Below are positions 30,785 through 40,344 of a DNA stretch of 64,000 nucleotides, one piece after another. Positions within the stretch are counted from its first letter, which is position 1. Every line of letters begins with the position of its first letter. Below the pieces are notes generated by a model. That model saw nothing but the letters and a program-made list of their open reading frames with translations. It did not search any database and was not told where the DNA came from. Made by a program: the position numbers and the translations under genes. Origin of the DNA: an uncultured Verrucomicrobiae bacterium (GTDB lineage: Bacteria; Verrucomicrobiota; Verrucomicrobiia; Chthoniobacterales; UBA10450); the NCBI GenBank assembly GCA_963726745.1, contig CAVSDR010000006.1, positions 128,001 through 192,000 of the forward strand, in the 5' to 3' direction.

Positions 30785-32107
30785 TCACGACGCCACGGCT
30801 TCCACTTCGGCGCGCTTGCCAGTCAGGTGGCCGTTGCCGGAAGTGACGCCATTAAAGGCCGCGACTTCGTTGCCGCGCCCCTTCGACTCCGGCTTCTTCC
30901 CGAAGTTGAATTTGATCGTCTTCCAGGTATCGCCGCTCTGCGCATTCAAGCCCAGGCTCGCGGTCGGCTCGTAGCCGCAATGGGTCATGCAGTTCTCGCA
31001 GCGCGGATCGCGGGCCACGCCGTCGACGACGCCATATTTCTCCCAGTCGACCTTTTCCAGCAGCTCGGCGTAGCTCGCAAAATGGCCGGTGCCGTTCGTC
31101 CCGACCGCATCGGTCATGAAATAGCAGGGTGCTTTCCAGCCGGCCATGTTGCGCGTCGGGATCGCCCAGGCGGAGCAGGTCAGGTCGCGTTTGCCCGCGA
31201 GGAATTCGAAGTAAACCGGCGTGCCGAAGAAGGTGTAGCGGTTCATCCAATCTTCCATCCGCGAGAACTTCTCGACCGTGAGCTTGCGCGTGAGGAAGAA
31301 GTTTTCCGGCTGCAGGTTCAAACGCGAGATCATGTCCTTCTTGGCCGAGTCATACTCGTAGCCGGGGGTGATCGTGTGGCCGTCGACGCCGAGATCGGAG
31401 ATGAAGTCAAAGAGCTGCTCGAGCTCGTCCATGTCGGTCTCCTTGTAGACCGTGGTGTTGGTCGCCACCTGGTAGCCGAGGAGCTTGGCCATCTTGATCG
31501 CGAGCACGCATTCCTTGAAGACGCCTTCGCGTTCCACGATCAAATCATGCGTCCGCTCGAGGCCGTCGAGGTGGACATTCCAATACATCCAGTCGCTCGG
31601 CGCGATCGTGGGCGTTTTCACCTCCGACTTCGGGTCGCGAATCGCTTCCGCGTCCTTGGTCGTGATCAAATTCTGCGCGAGCAGGTCGGTGATCTTGCTG
31701 TCTAACTCCACGCGCCGTCCGCTCGCCGCTTTGCGATATTCCCCTTTCAGCCACTCGCGCATTTTCTTGCGCATGAACATCGCGTTCGTGCAGACATACA
31801 CGATCCGCTTCTGCTCGAGCAGACCTTTAATCAGCGCCTCGATGTGCGGGTAAATCAGCGGTTCGCCGCCGCAAATCGAAACCATCGGCGCCTTGCACTC
31901 GACCGCCGCGCCGAGGCAATCCTCGAGCGTCATCATGTCCTTGAGCGAGGTGGAATATTCACGAATTCGTCCGCAGCCGGTGCAGGTGAGATTGCAGGTA
32001 TGGAGCGGCTCGAGCTGGAGGACGGTGGCAAATTTCTCCGTCTTCCGAAGTTTGTTGCCGATGATGTACGCCGCGATTTTGGCCGTCAGCGCGAGAGGAA
32101 ATCTCAT
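30785..32107 (-). CDS. hpnH: Adenosylhopane radical SAM enzyme HpnH
   Basis: LEPLHTCNLTCTGCGRI (CxxxCxxC), VSICGGEPL, HLDG, DPRCENCMTHCGYEP; directly upstream of shc. Confidence 0.88.
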   Translation of the reverse strand: MRFPLALTAKIAAYIIGNKLRKTEKFATVLQLEPLHTCNLTCTGCGRIREYSTSLKDMMTLEDCLGAAVECKAPMVSICGGEPLIYPHIEALIKGLLEQKRIVYVCTNAMFMRKKMREWLKGEYRKAASGRRVELDSKITDLLAQNLITTKDAEAIRDPKSEVKTPTIAPSDWMYWNVHLDGLERTHDLIVEREGVFKECVLAIKMAKLLGYQVATNTTVYKETDMDELEQLFDFISDLGVDGHTITPGYEYDSAKKDMISRLNLQPENFFLTRKLTVEKFSRMEDWMNRYTFFGTPVYFEFLAGKRDLTCSAWAIPTRNMAGWKAPCYFMTDAVGTNGTGHFASYAELLEKVDWEKYGVVDGVARDPRCENCMTHCGYEPTASLGLNAQSGDTWKTIKFNFGKKPESKGRGNEVAAFNGVTSGNGHLTGKRAEVEAVAS

Positions 32108-32117
32108 AGAGGCGAGG

Positions 32118-32145
32118 ATAGTAACAATCGCACCCCTCGTGTCAA
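32118..32145 (-). promoter_or_regulatory. Sigma70-type promoter for hpnH-shc, near-leaderless
   Basis: Minus strand TTGACA-16 nt-TACTAT, ending 10 nt before the ATG; no Shine-Dalgarno. Confidence 0.55.
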
Positions 32146-32201
32146 CCGGGCCAGCCATCGAGTGAACGACCGTTCACTGCCGCAGCCACGATTTTCCTGC
32201 G

Positions 32202-32572
32202 ATGGAAAATTCCCAAAAAGTCGTCGTCCTCGGCGCTTCGCCAAAGCCGGATCGCTACGCCTATAAAGCGATGAAAATGCTGGCTGACCACGGACATCAG
32301 GCGATCCCGGTGAACCCCGCCTTCGACGAAATCCTCGGGCAACCGTGCCACCGCAGCATTGGCGAAGTCGAGGGCCCGATCGACACGGTCACGATGTATC
32401 TCGGGAAGCAGCGCTCCGATCCATTAGCCGACGAGATCGTGGCGGCAAGCCGCGCCGGATCATCATGAATCCGGGCGCGGAGAACGAGGACCTCGCGACG
32501 AAAGCGCGCGCCGCCGGGATTGAAGTCGAGGAAGCGTGCACCTTGGTGCTTTTGCAGACGGGCCAATTCTGA
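32202..32572 (+). CDS. CoA-binding protein, YccU-like (frameshift near 32449)
   Basis: VVLGASPKPDRYA..PVNP..IDTVTMY, then PRRIIMNPGAEN..EACTLV. Confidence 0.85.
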
Positions 32573-32579
32573 CTTCCGC

Positions 32580-33158
32580 CTAGGCCGTCCATCCGCGCCG
32601 GATCAGGCTCACGGCAATCGCGGCCAGCAAGAGCGCTATTAGTTTCGAAACGCCGTTCAAGCCCTGGCGGCCCATCAGCGCCTCCACGCGGCGCGCATAG
32701 TGGAAACCTATTTTCACCAGCGCCAGGTTCACCACCAGGGAACCGATGGTGTAAATCACCCCCACGGTATCCACCAGGATCAGCAAGGCCGTGAGCAACG
32801 CTGGTCCGGCGATCAGCGGCATCCCCAGCGGCACGATCCCAAACTCCGCGTCCTCGCTTTTTTCTTTCCCCTCACCGCCGATCAATTCACGCGTGGCCAG
32901 CGCCAGCAAAATCAGTCCACCCGCGACTTGAAAATCGGCCACGGAAATCCCGAGCGCCTGAAAGATGAATTTGCCGAGAAAGATGAAGCCGATCGCCACG
33001 CCAAAGCCGGCGAGAATGCCGAGCGTGCCCTGTTTTTGACGAAGCTCGCGCCCCGCGTTCGGCGCCAGTCCCATGAAGATCGCGATCAAGCCGATCGGAT
33101 CGATCGCCACAAACAGCGGGATGAAGGCGAGGAGCGCTTTCTCGAAAAAGGCCTGCAT
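32580..33158 (-). CDS. MarC family membrane protein
   Basis: LFVAIDPIG, FQVAGG, VPLGMPLIAGPA. Confidence 0.9.
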   Translation of the reverse strand: MQAFFEKALLAFIPLFVAIDPIGLIAIFMGLAPNAGRELRQKQGTLGILAGFGVAIGFIFLGKFIFQALGISVADFQVAGGLILLALATRELIGGEGKEKSEDAEFGIVPLGMPLIAGPALLTALLILVDTVGVIYTIGSLVVNLALVKIGFHYARRVEALMGRQGLNGVSKLIALLLAAIAVSLIRRGWTA

Positions 33159-33224
33159 CCCGCAGGTCTAACGCGTGATCGATCCCGCTACAAACAAACG
33201 CGCCGCGAACTCCGATTCCGCAGT

Positions 33225-34904
33225 ATGAGGATCTTTCCTGCGCTTTGTGCCGTCGTCGCCCTTGCCCTGCCGCTCCGCGCCGCCGAGGACGCGGCCAAAG
33301 TGCCGCCTAAAGCGGCGCTCGAATCGATCAACGCCGATGACCTCATGCGGCACATCAAGGTGCTCGCCTCGGATGAATTCGAAGGCCGCGCGCCGGGCTC
33401 GAAAGGCGAGGAACTCTCGATCAAATACATCGCCGAACAGTTCAAGAATCTCGGGCTCGCGCCGGGCAATCCCGACGGCACCTACCTCCAGGAAGTCCCG
33501 CTCGCGGGCATCCAGACCCACCCCGAGGCGCACTTCGCGGTGAAGGGCGAGACGATCGCGCTGCAATATCCCGACGACTACGTCGCCTCCTCCGCGCGCC
33601 TCGTTTCCGACGTGAAAATCCAGGATTCCGAGATCGTCTTCGTCGGCTACGGCATCGTCGCGCCGGAGTTTGGCTGGGACGATTACAAGGGCGTCGATGT
33701 GAAGGGCAAAACCATTCTCATGCTGATCAACGATCCGCCGATCCCGCTGGCTAACGACCCGTCGCAGCTCGACCCGAAGATGTTTGGCGGGCGGGCCATG
33801 ACCTACTACGGCCGCTGGACCTACAAATATGAAATCGCGGCCGAGAAAGGCGCCGCGGCCGCGATCATCATTCACGAAACCGAACCAGCGGCCTATCCCT
33901 ACTCCGTCGTCCGGACCAGCTGGTCGAAGGAGAATTTTGAAATCGATCGGCCGAACAAAAACATGGACCAGGTCGAGGTGCGCTCGTGGATCACGCTCGA
34001 CATTGCCAAGAAATTGCTCGCCGCTGCCGGGCAGGATTTCGACGCGCTCAAGAAGGCGGCCGTGAGCAAGGACTTCAAGCCGGTGACGCTCCCTGCGACC
34101 GCGACCTTTGCGCTCCAACAAGACGTGCGCGCCTTCAAGTCGCACAATGTCGTCGGCAAACTCGAAGGCAGCGACGCGAAGCTGAAAGACGAGTGGATCG
34201 TCTACAGCGCACACTGGGATCACCTCGGAAAACACGCCGACCTCGAGGGCGACCAGATCTTCAACGGCGCGGTCGATAACGCCTCGGGCGTGGCCGCCGT
34301 GATCGAATTAGCCAGCGCTTTCAAGCACCTGCCGCAACCGCCGAAGCGCTCTGTCCTTTTCATGGCCACGACCGCGGAGGAAGCCGGTTTGCTTGGGGCG
34401 AAATTCTACGCCGAGAACCCGCTCTACCCGCTCGCGAAAACGCTCGCCGATATCAACATCGACAGCATGAACGTCTGGGGTAAAGCGAGCGACGTGGAGG
34501 ACACCAGCTTCGGTTTCTCCACCCTCAGCGACCAACTCGCAGCCGCGGCCAAGCGCCAGGGCCGCACCGCCGCGCCTCCCGGCCGTCCCGAGAAAGGGAG
34601 CATCTATCGCGCGGATAATTTCGAGTTTTCGAAGGGCGGCGTGCCCGTGCTTTACACCGGAAAAAACGTTCACCTGCTCTCGCGCGGGAAAAGCGACAAG
34701 CTCCGCTCCGATGAGTTCGACCTGAAGGATTACCACCAGGTGACCGACCAGGTGAATGCCGATTGGGATTTGAGCGGCGCCGCGCAGGACGTGCAGCTTC
34801 TCTTCGAAGTCGGCTACGAAGTGGCTAACGGCGCGCAATGGCCCGAGTGGAAACCAGGCAACGAATTCAAGGCGAAGCGCGACGCCATGCTCGGCAAGAA
34901 ATAG
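33225..34904 (+). CDS. Secreted M28 family metallopeptidase with PA domain
   Basis: Signal peptide; LASDEFEGRAPG, SAHWDHLG, NGAVDNASG, TAEEAGLLG, YHQVTD. Confidence 0.9.
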   Translation: MRIFPALCAVVALALPLRAAEDAAKVPPKAALESINADDLMRHIKVLASDEFEGRAPGSKGEELSIKYIAEQFKNLGLAPGNPDGTYLQEVPLAGIQTHPEAHFAVKGETIALQYPDDYVASSARLVSDVKIQDSEIVFVGYGIVAPEFGWDDYKGVDVKGKTILMLINDPPIPLANDPSQLDPKMFGGRAMTYYGRWTYKYEIAAEKGAAAAIIIHETEPAAYPYSVVRTSWSKENFEIDRPNKNMDQVEVRSWITLDIAKKLLAAAGQDFDALKKAAVSKDFKPVTLPATATFALQQDVRAFKSHNVVGKLEGSDAKLKDEWIVYSAHWDHLGKHADLEGDQIFNGAVDNASGVAAVIELASAFKHLPQPPKRSVLFMATTAEEAGLLGAKFYAENPLYPLAKTLADINIDSMNVWGKASDVEDTSFGFSTLSDQLAAAAKRQGRTAAPPGRPEKGSIYRADNFEFSKGGVPVLYTGKNVHLLSRGKSDKLRSDEFDLKDYHQVTDQVNADWDLSGAAQDVQLLFEVGYEVANGAQWPEWKPGNEFKAKRDAMLGKK

Positions 34905-34917
34905 CCGGCAACTTCAC

Positions 34918-35442
34918 ATGGATGTTTCGCTGCTCATCGGCGCGCTTCTCGGCGCGGTCGTGCTCTTCTTCGGGCGGAAACTTTTTTGGCTCTTCGTGGC
35001 CGCGGTCGGCTTCGCCGTGGGCGTGGAACTCGCGCCGCATCTGCTGCAACAACCGACGCCGCTCCTCCAGCTCACGATCGCGCTCGTGCTCGGTTTTGTC
35101 GGCGCGCTCCTCGCAGTTCTCTTGCAAAAATTAGCCGTCGGCGTGGTCGGCTTTCTCGCGGGCGGACGGCTCGCGCTCGCGCTGGCGGCGACTTTTTTCG
35201 TCCATGCCGCCGGCTATTACTGGCTCATCTTTCTCCTCGGCGGAGTGCTCGGCGCGGTCCTGCTGCTTTTCCTTTTCGATTGGGCGTTGATCGTCTTGAG
35301 CGCTTTCATCGGCGCGCACCTGATCGTGCACGCCATTCCGCTCCCGACCACCGGCGCCGCCATCCTCCTGATCGTGCTGGCTGTTTTTGGCATCGTGGTG
35401 CAAGCCACTTCTTTGCGGCGCGGCCGCGTAGTCGCGGATTGA
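34918..35442 (+). CDS. DUF4203-like membrane protein
   Basis: Highly hydrophobic, FGRKLF..VGFLAGG pattern. Confidence 0.7.
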   Translation: MDVSLLIGALLGAVVLFFGRKLFWLFVAAVGFAVGVELAPHLLQQPTPLLQLTIALVLGFVGALLAVLLQKLAVGVVGFLAGGRLALALAATFFVHAAGYYWLIFLLGGVLGAVLLLFLFDWALIVLSAFIGAHLIVHAIPLPTTGAAILLIVLAVFGIVVQATSLRRGRVVAD

Positions 35443-35476
35443 CCGCCATGGCCCGGCATTAGCTCCCTCCGGGGAC

Positions 35477-35689
35477 ATGCCTGGGTTCAGCAGCGCCAGC
35501 CTGGTCGCGCAATTTCTCTTCGGGTCGATCGGCTTCGTGGCTTTCGTCTATGGGAAACGCCAGAGCGTCTGGCGCCCGATGTTCCTCGGGCTCGCGCTCA
35601 TGGCTTACCCTTATTTCTTCGAATCCGCCGCGCTCCTTTACGGCCTCGGGCTGGCGTTGACCGCGGCGCTCTTTGTCTTCCGCGAGTAA
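35477..35689 (+). CDS. Small membrane protein
   Basis: 70 aa, FGSIG..F.YGK..LMAYPYF; fills the gap between two co-oriented genes. Confidence 0.7.
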   Translation: MPGFSSASLVAQFLFGSIGFVAFVYGKRQSVWRPMFLGLALMAYPYFFESAALLYGLGLALTAALFVFRE

Positions 35690-35707
35690 ACATGCTACTT
35701 CGGCTGC

Positions 35708-36442
35708 ATGGGTCGCCAATGGCTGCATGCAAAACGCGAAGTCGCCGGTCTCAAGAAAGGCCAGGTCACCGGTAAGCTGGTGAAGGAAATTTCTGTGGCC
35801 GCGAAGCTCGGCGGCGCGGACCCAAACTCGAACGCGCGCCTTTTTGCCGCTGTGGAAAAAGCGCGCCGCGCGAGCGTTTCGCGTGATGTCATCGAGCGCG
35901 CGATCAAGAAAGGCGCGGGCATCGGCGGCGAGAAGATGGAGCTGGAGCACGTCGTCTTCGAGGGCTATGCGCCGCACAAGGTGCCGATCGTGGTGGAAGT
36001 TTTAACCGACAACAACAACCGCACCGCGCCCGAGATTCGCGTCCTCTTCAAAAAAGGCGGCCAGCTTGGCACGCCGGGGTCGAACAAGTTCCTCTTCGAT
36101 CACGTGGGCTTGGTGGAAGCCCACCACGCCGATGCCGCGGCCGACATCGAAGGCGCGGCGATCGAGGCCGGCGCGCAAAACGTGGAGCCGCTGGCGCATG
36201 CGCAGAACGACGACATCCCGGAAGGCACCGCGGGCGCACGCTTCATCACCGAGCGCACCGACCTGCACACGGTCTCGCAGTGGCTCGCGGCCAACGGCTG
36301 GACCGTGGTCACGAGCGAGCTCGGCTATACCGCGAAGACTTCGGTCGACTTGAGCGAGACCGAGCGCGAGGAGACCGGGCATTTCCTCCAGACACTGGAG
36401 GACCATGATGACGTCCACCGCGTCTGGGCGGCCTTGAAATAG
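35708..36442 (+). CDS. YebC/PmpR family DNA-binding protein
   Basis: KEISVAAKLGGADP..NARL, IERAIKKG, EGY, LTDNNNRT, LEDHDDV. Confidence 0.92.
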   Translation: MGRQWLHAKREVAGLKKGQVTGKLVKEISVAAKLGGADPNSNARLFAAVEKARRASVSRDVIERAIKKGAGIGGEKMELEHVVFEGYAPHKVPIVVEVLTDNNNRTAPEIRVLFKKGGQLGTPGSNKFLFDHVGLVEAHHADAAADIEGAAIEAGAQNVEPLAHAQNDDIPEGTAGARFITERTDLHTVSQWLAANGWTVVTSELGYTAKTSVDLSETEREETGHFLQTLEDHDDVHRVWAALK

Positions 36443-36453
36443 CCGACCGCCTC

Positions 36454-37602
36454 ATGTCCCCCGAGCCGCTCACGCAGTGCGAGAATTGCGGCGCCCCCCT
36501 CGCCGGGGAATTTTGCGCGCAGTGCGGCCAGCAGGCGATCGATTACCGCCGCTCGCTCGTGCACATCCTCGCGGATGCGGCCGATTCTTTCTTCAATTGG
36601 GACGCGAAGTTCTTCCGCTCGATCGGCGTGCTCCTCGCGAAGCCGTGGCGCCTAACGAATGATTTCAACGCCGGCCGCCGTGCGCGTTACGTCCACCCGC
36701 TGCGGCTTTATCTGCTCGCGAGCATCAGCTTTTTTCTCATCGTCCGCGCCTTCACTTCCAATGGCACCGTCCCGATCGAGATCGGCGCGGGGGACCGCGC
36801 GGAATTAGCCAGCCAGTTGGAAAAATTCACCGGCCCGGAGTCGCCCCTCAACCCAGAAGCCCGCGCGCGCGTCGAAGTGCTTCGCGAGAAAATCAGCCGC
36901 AGCGACGGCCAGGTAACGGTCGATGAACGGCGCGAAATCAAGGCCGCGGTTCGGGAAGTGATGAAGTCGACCATCCGGCAAAGCTGGAGCTCGAATGAGC
37001 GCGCGAAGATCCGGCAAACGGTCGACAACCTCCCGGTTGCGGAAGCGCCGCCCGCGCCCGGCGACCCGGCGACGCCGCCGGGCGAGAAGAAGAAGATTCA
37101 CTTCAGCTGGGGCGGCGGCGGCGGCGAGGCCACGCCATTCCAGAAATGGATGGAGGAGCGGATCAAATCGAAAGTGGGCGAAGACGGCACCAAGGTGACG
37201 CTCTTTCTCGATACCCTCCGCAGCAACATTCCCACGATGATGCTTTTTTGCATCCCGGCCTTCGCCCTCATCCTGAAGGTGCTCTACCTCGGGAGCGGCC
37301 GTTTTTACATCGAGCACCTGGTCTACGCGCTGCACATCCACAGCTTCCTCTTTCTCGGCGTGGGCGTGATCCTGCTCCTGGTCGCGGCCCTCGATCGCCT
37401 GCTCCCGGCGTTCAGTGGTCTCGCTATCGGCCTGCTCACGCTCGCGCTCACGGCGCAGGTCTTCCTTTCCATCGCCCGCGTCTACCGCCAGCGCTGGTTC
37501 GTCAGCCTGTTGAAGTTCAGCTTCGGCGGCGTGGCTTATCTCGTCGTGCTCTCGTTAGCCATCGCGCTCACGGGCTTCGTGACCCTGCTCCTGCCGGCTT
37601 AA
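36454..37602 (+). CDS. DUF3667 membrane protein with an N-terminal zinc ribbon
   Basis: CENCG..FCAQCGQ, GRRARYVHPLRLYL, YIEHLVYALH. Confidence 0.82.
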   Translation: MSPEPLTQCENCGAPLAGEFCAQCGQQAIDYRRSLVHILADAADSFFNWDAKFFRSIGVLLAKPWRLTNDFNAGRRARYVHPLRLYLLASISFFLIVRAFTSNGTVPIEIGAGDRAELASQLEKFTGPESPLNPEARARVEVLREKISRSDGQVTVDERREIKAAVREVMKSTIRQSWSSNERAKIRQTVDNLPVAEAPPAPGDPATPPGEKKKIHFSWGGGGGEATPFQKWMEERIKSKVGEDGTKVTLFLDTLRSNIPTMMLFCIPAFALILKVLYLGSGRFYIEHLVYALHIHSFLFLGVGVILLLVAALDRLLPAFSGLAIGLLTLALTAQVFLSIARVYRQRWFVSLLKFSFGGVAYLVVLSLAIALTGFVTLLLPA

Positions 37603-40332
37603 ATCGCGAGCAGTTCGCGCGCTTTCGCCAGGGCTTCACCCAGGCGCGCGGCCTCTTTGCCCGCGCCGCGCGCCGAGTCCGGGCGCCCACCGCCCTTGCC
37701 GCCGATGAGCGGCGCGATCTGCTGGATGATTTCATTGGCCCGCACCTTCGCGGTCAATTCTTTCGGCACCGTGGCGACCAGGTCCACGCGGCCTTCGCTT
37801 GCGCCCGCGAGCACCACCGGCACGCCCAGTTTCGCCTTCAAAATGTCGGCTACTTGCTGGAGCAAGGCGCCATCCGCCTGCGCGATCTGCGCGACCACGA
37901 AGGCCGCGCCGGCATGCGTCGCGGCCAGCTCGTCGGCTAATTTCGCCGCCTGTCCGCGCATCTCCGCCTCGGCCGCTTTGGCGTGCTGTTTCTCCCATTC
38001 GAGCACTTCCGCCTCCAGCTTCCCGAGCTGCGCCGCGCGCGTCTCGATCGAGGCCACATCGGAAGGCGACGCGAGCGGCGGTAGCTCCGGCTTCTTTTTA
38101 GCCAGCAACTTGAATCGCTCGTCCTGCCGCTGCGCTTCACTTCCGGCCCAGCGCGCCACCTCTTCGCCCGCGACCGCCTCAATTCGCCGGATGCCGGCCG
38201 CGATCGCCGCTTCGCTCACGATCTTGAAGCCGCCGATGTCGCCGGTGTCGCGCACGTGCGTGCCGCCGCAGAGTTCCATCGAGTAACCGTTCAACTCGTT
38301 AGGCGCACCGCCGATTTGGACCACGCGCACGACGTCGCCGTATTTGTCGCCGAAGAATTGCTGGATCTCGGCGCGCCCCTTCGCCTCCGCGTAAGGAATC
38401 TCGGTCCAGGAAACCGGCGCCTTCTCGGCAATGCGCTCGTTCACCAGCTTCTCGACCGCGCGCACCTGCTCTTTCGTGAGCGCTGCGCTCGAGAAATCGA
38501 AGGTCAATTTCTCCGGGCCGACGTAGCTCCCCTTCTGGACCGCCTCGCGGCTCACGATTTCGTGCAGCGCCCAGTGCAAGAGATGCGTCACCGTGTGATG
38601 CCGCTGGATGGCCGCGCGGCGCGCCGCGTCGATTCGCACGGTCACATGCTCGCCTACCGCCGGCGCTTCCTCGCCTTCGAGAAGATGCACAAAGGTGTTC
38701 CCGATCTTGCGCGTGTCGGTGATCTGGAAACGTGCGGCCGCCAGCCTCGAGCATCCCGCGATCGCCCACTTGCCCGCCCATCTCCGCGTAGCAGACAGAG
38801 TTGTTTAAAACCACCGCCGCGCGGCCCTTCACCGTCGTCACTTCCACGACGTCGGCCCCGGTGTGATCGAGTTCGTAGCCGAGGAAATGCGTCGCCCCCC
38901 GCGTGTCGCTCTCCGCGAGTTCGATGGTGGTTTTCTTCTGCGCCTTGCGCGCCCGCGCGCGCTGCTCCTCCATCAATTTTTCGAAACCCTCGGTGTCCAC
39001 CGCGAGCCCGCGCTCACGGGCCATCAACTCCGTGAGGTCGAGTGGAAAACCCTGCTCGTCATAGAGCCGAAACGCGAACTCGCCGCTTATTTTGCCGACG
39101 CTCTTCCCGAGTTCCGATTCAAAGAGCGCGATGCCTTTATCGAGCGTGCGGTTGAAGGCTTCCTCCTCGCGCTTGATCGCCTCCTCGACGACTTGCTGTT
39201 TCGTCTTCAACTCAGGAAACACACCACTCATCGAACGCACCAGGACGTCGACTAACTTCGAGAAAAACGGCTCGTGAAAGCCGAGCGTGCGGCCGTAGCG
39301 GACCGCGCGACGCAGGATGCGGCGGAGGACGTAGCCGCGGCCTTCGTTGCTCGGCTGGATGCCGTCGGCAATCGCGAAACTGAGCGTGCGGATGTGGTCG
39401 GCGATCACGCGGAAAGCGACGTCTATTTTCTCCTGCTCGTTTTCGCCGGTGCTGCCGGCGGGCGGAAGGGTGCTCGCGTATCTTTTGCCGCTGAGCTTCT
39501 CGATCTCATCGAAGATCGGGCGGAAGACATCGGTCTCGTAATTCGAGATCGTGCCGCTGAAGTCGGTGAAATTTTTCGTCCCCTGGATGATCGAGGCTGC
39601 GCGCTCAAAGCCCATCCCGGTATCGACGTGGCGCGCCGGCAGCGGGACGAAAGAGCCGTCTGGGTTCGCGTTGAACTGGATGAAAACGAGATTCCAGATC
39701 TCGATGCAGCGCGGATCACCCGCGTTGACCAGCGTGCCCCGGGTGTCGCCGCGCGGCGTGAGGTCGACGTGTAATTCGGAACACGGACCACATGGGCCGG
39801 TGTCGCCCATCATCCAAAAGTTGTCCTTCTTGTTCCCGTTGACGATTTGGACTGCGGGATCGAGCCCGGCCGCGGTGAAAAGACGCGCCCAATGATCGTG
39901 CGCTTCCTGGTCGAACTCGCTCGGGTCGCCCGGGCCGGGCTGGTAAACCGTGGCGTAGAGCCGCGCGGGCGGCAGACCCCAGCGCTCCACGACCAATTCC
40001 CAAGCCCATTCGATTGCCTCCTTTTTGAAGTAATCACCGAAGCTCCAGTTTCCGAGCATCTCGAAAAAGGTGTGGTGATAAGTGTCGAGCCCGACGTCGT
40101 CGAGGTCGTTATGCTTGCCGCCGGCACGAATGCATTTTTGCGTGTCCGCGGTGCGCGCGGGGCTCCAGGTTGCCGTCTGTTGGCCGAGGAAAATCGGCAC
40201 GAACTGGTTCATCCCCGCGTTGGTAAACAGCAGGTTGGGCGAGTCCGGCAGGAGCGAGGAGGAAGGCACGATGGTGTGCTTTTTCTCGCGGAAGAAATCG
40301 AGGAAGCTCTGGCGAATCTCGGCGCTGGTCAT
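37599..40332 (-). CDS. alaS: Alanine--tRNA ligase (+1 frameshift near 38728)
   Basis: LLFTNAGMNQF, FFEMLGNWSFGDYFK, DTGMGFER, editing motifs HHTVTHLL and ELCGGTH, C-Ala GKGGGRPD. Confidence 0.96.
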
Positions 40333-40344
40333 GACGCGCGCACG

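Noticed and set aside
28811..31705. Long antisense ORFs (e.g. 964 aa opposite shc/hpnH, 540 aa at 10452..12074, 513 aa at 15389..16930)
   Set aside because: Shadow ORFs expected in high-GC DNA opposite well-supported genes; no recognisable motifs.
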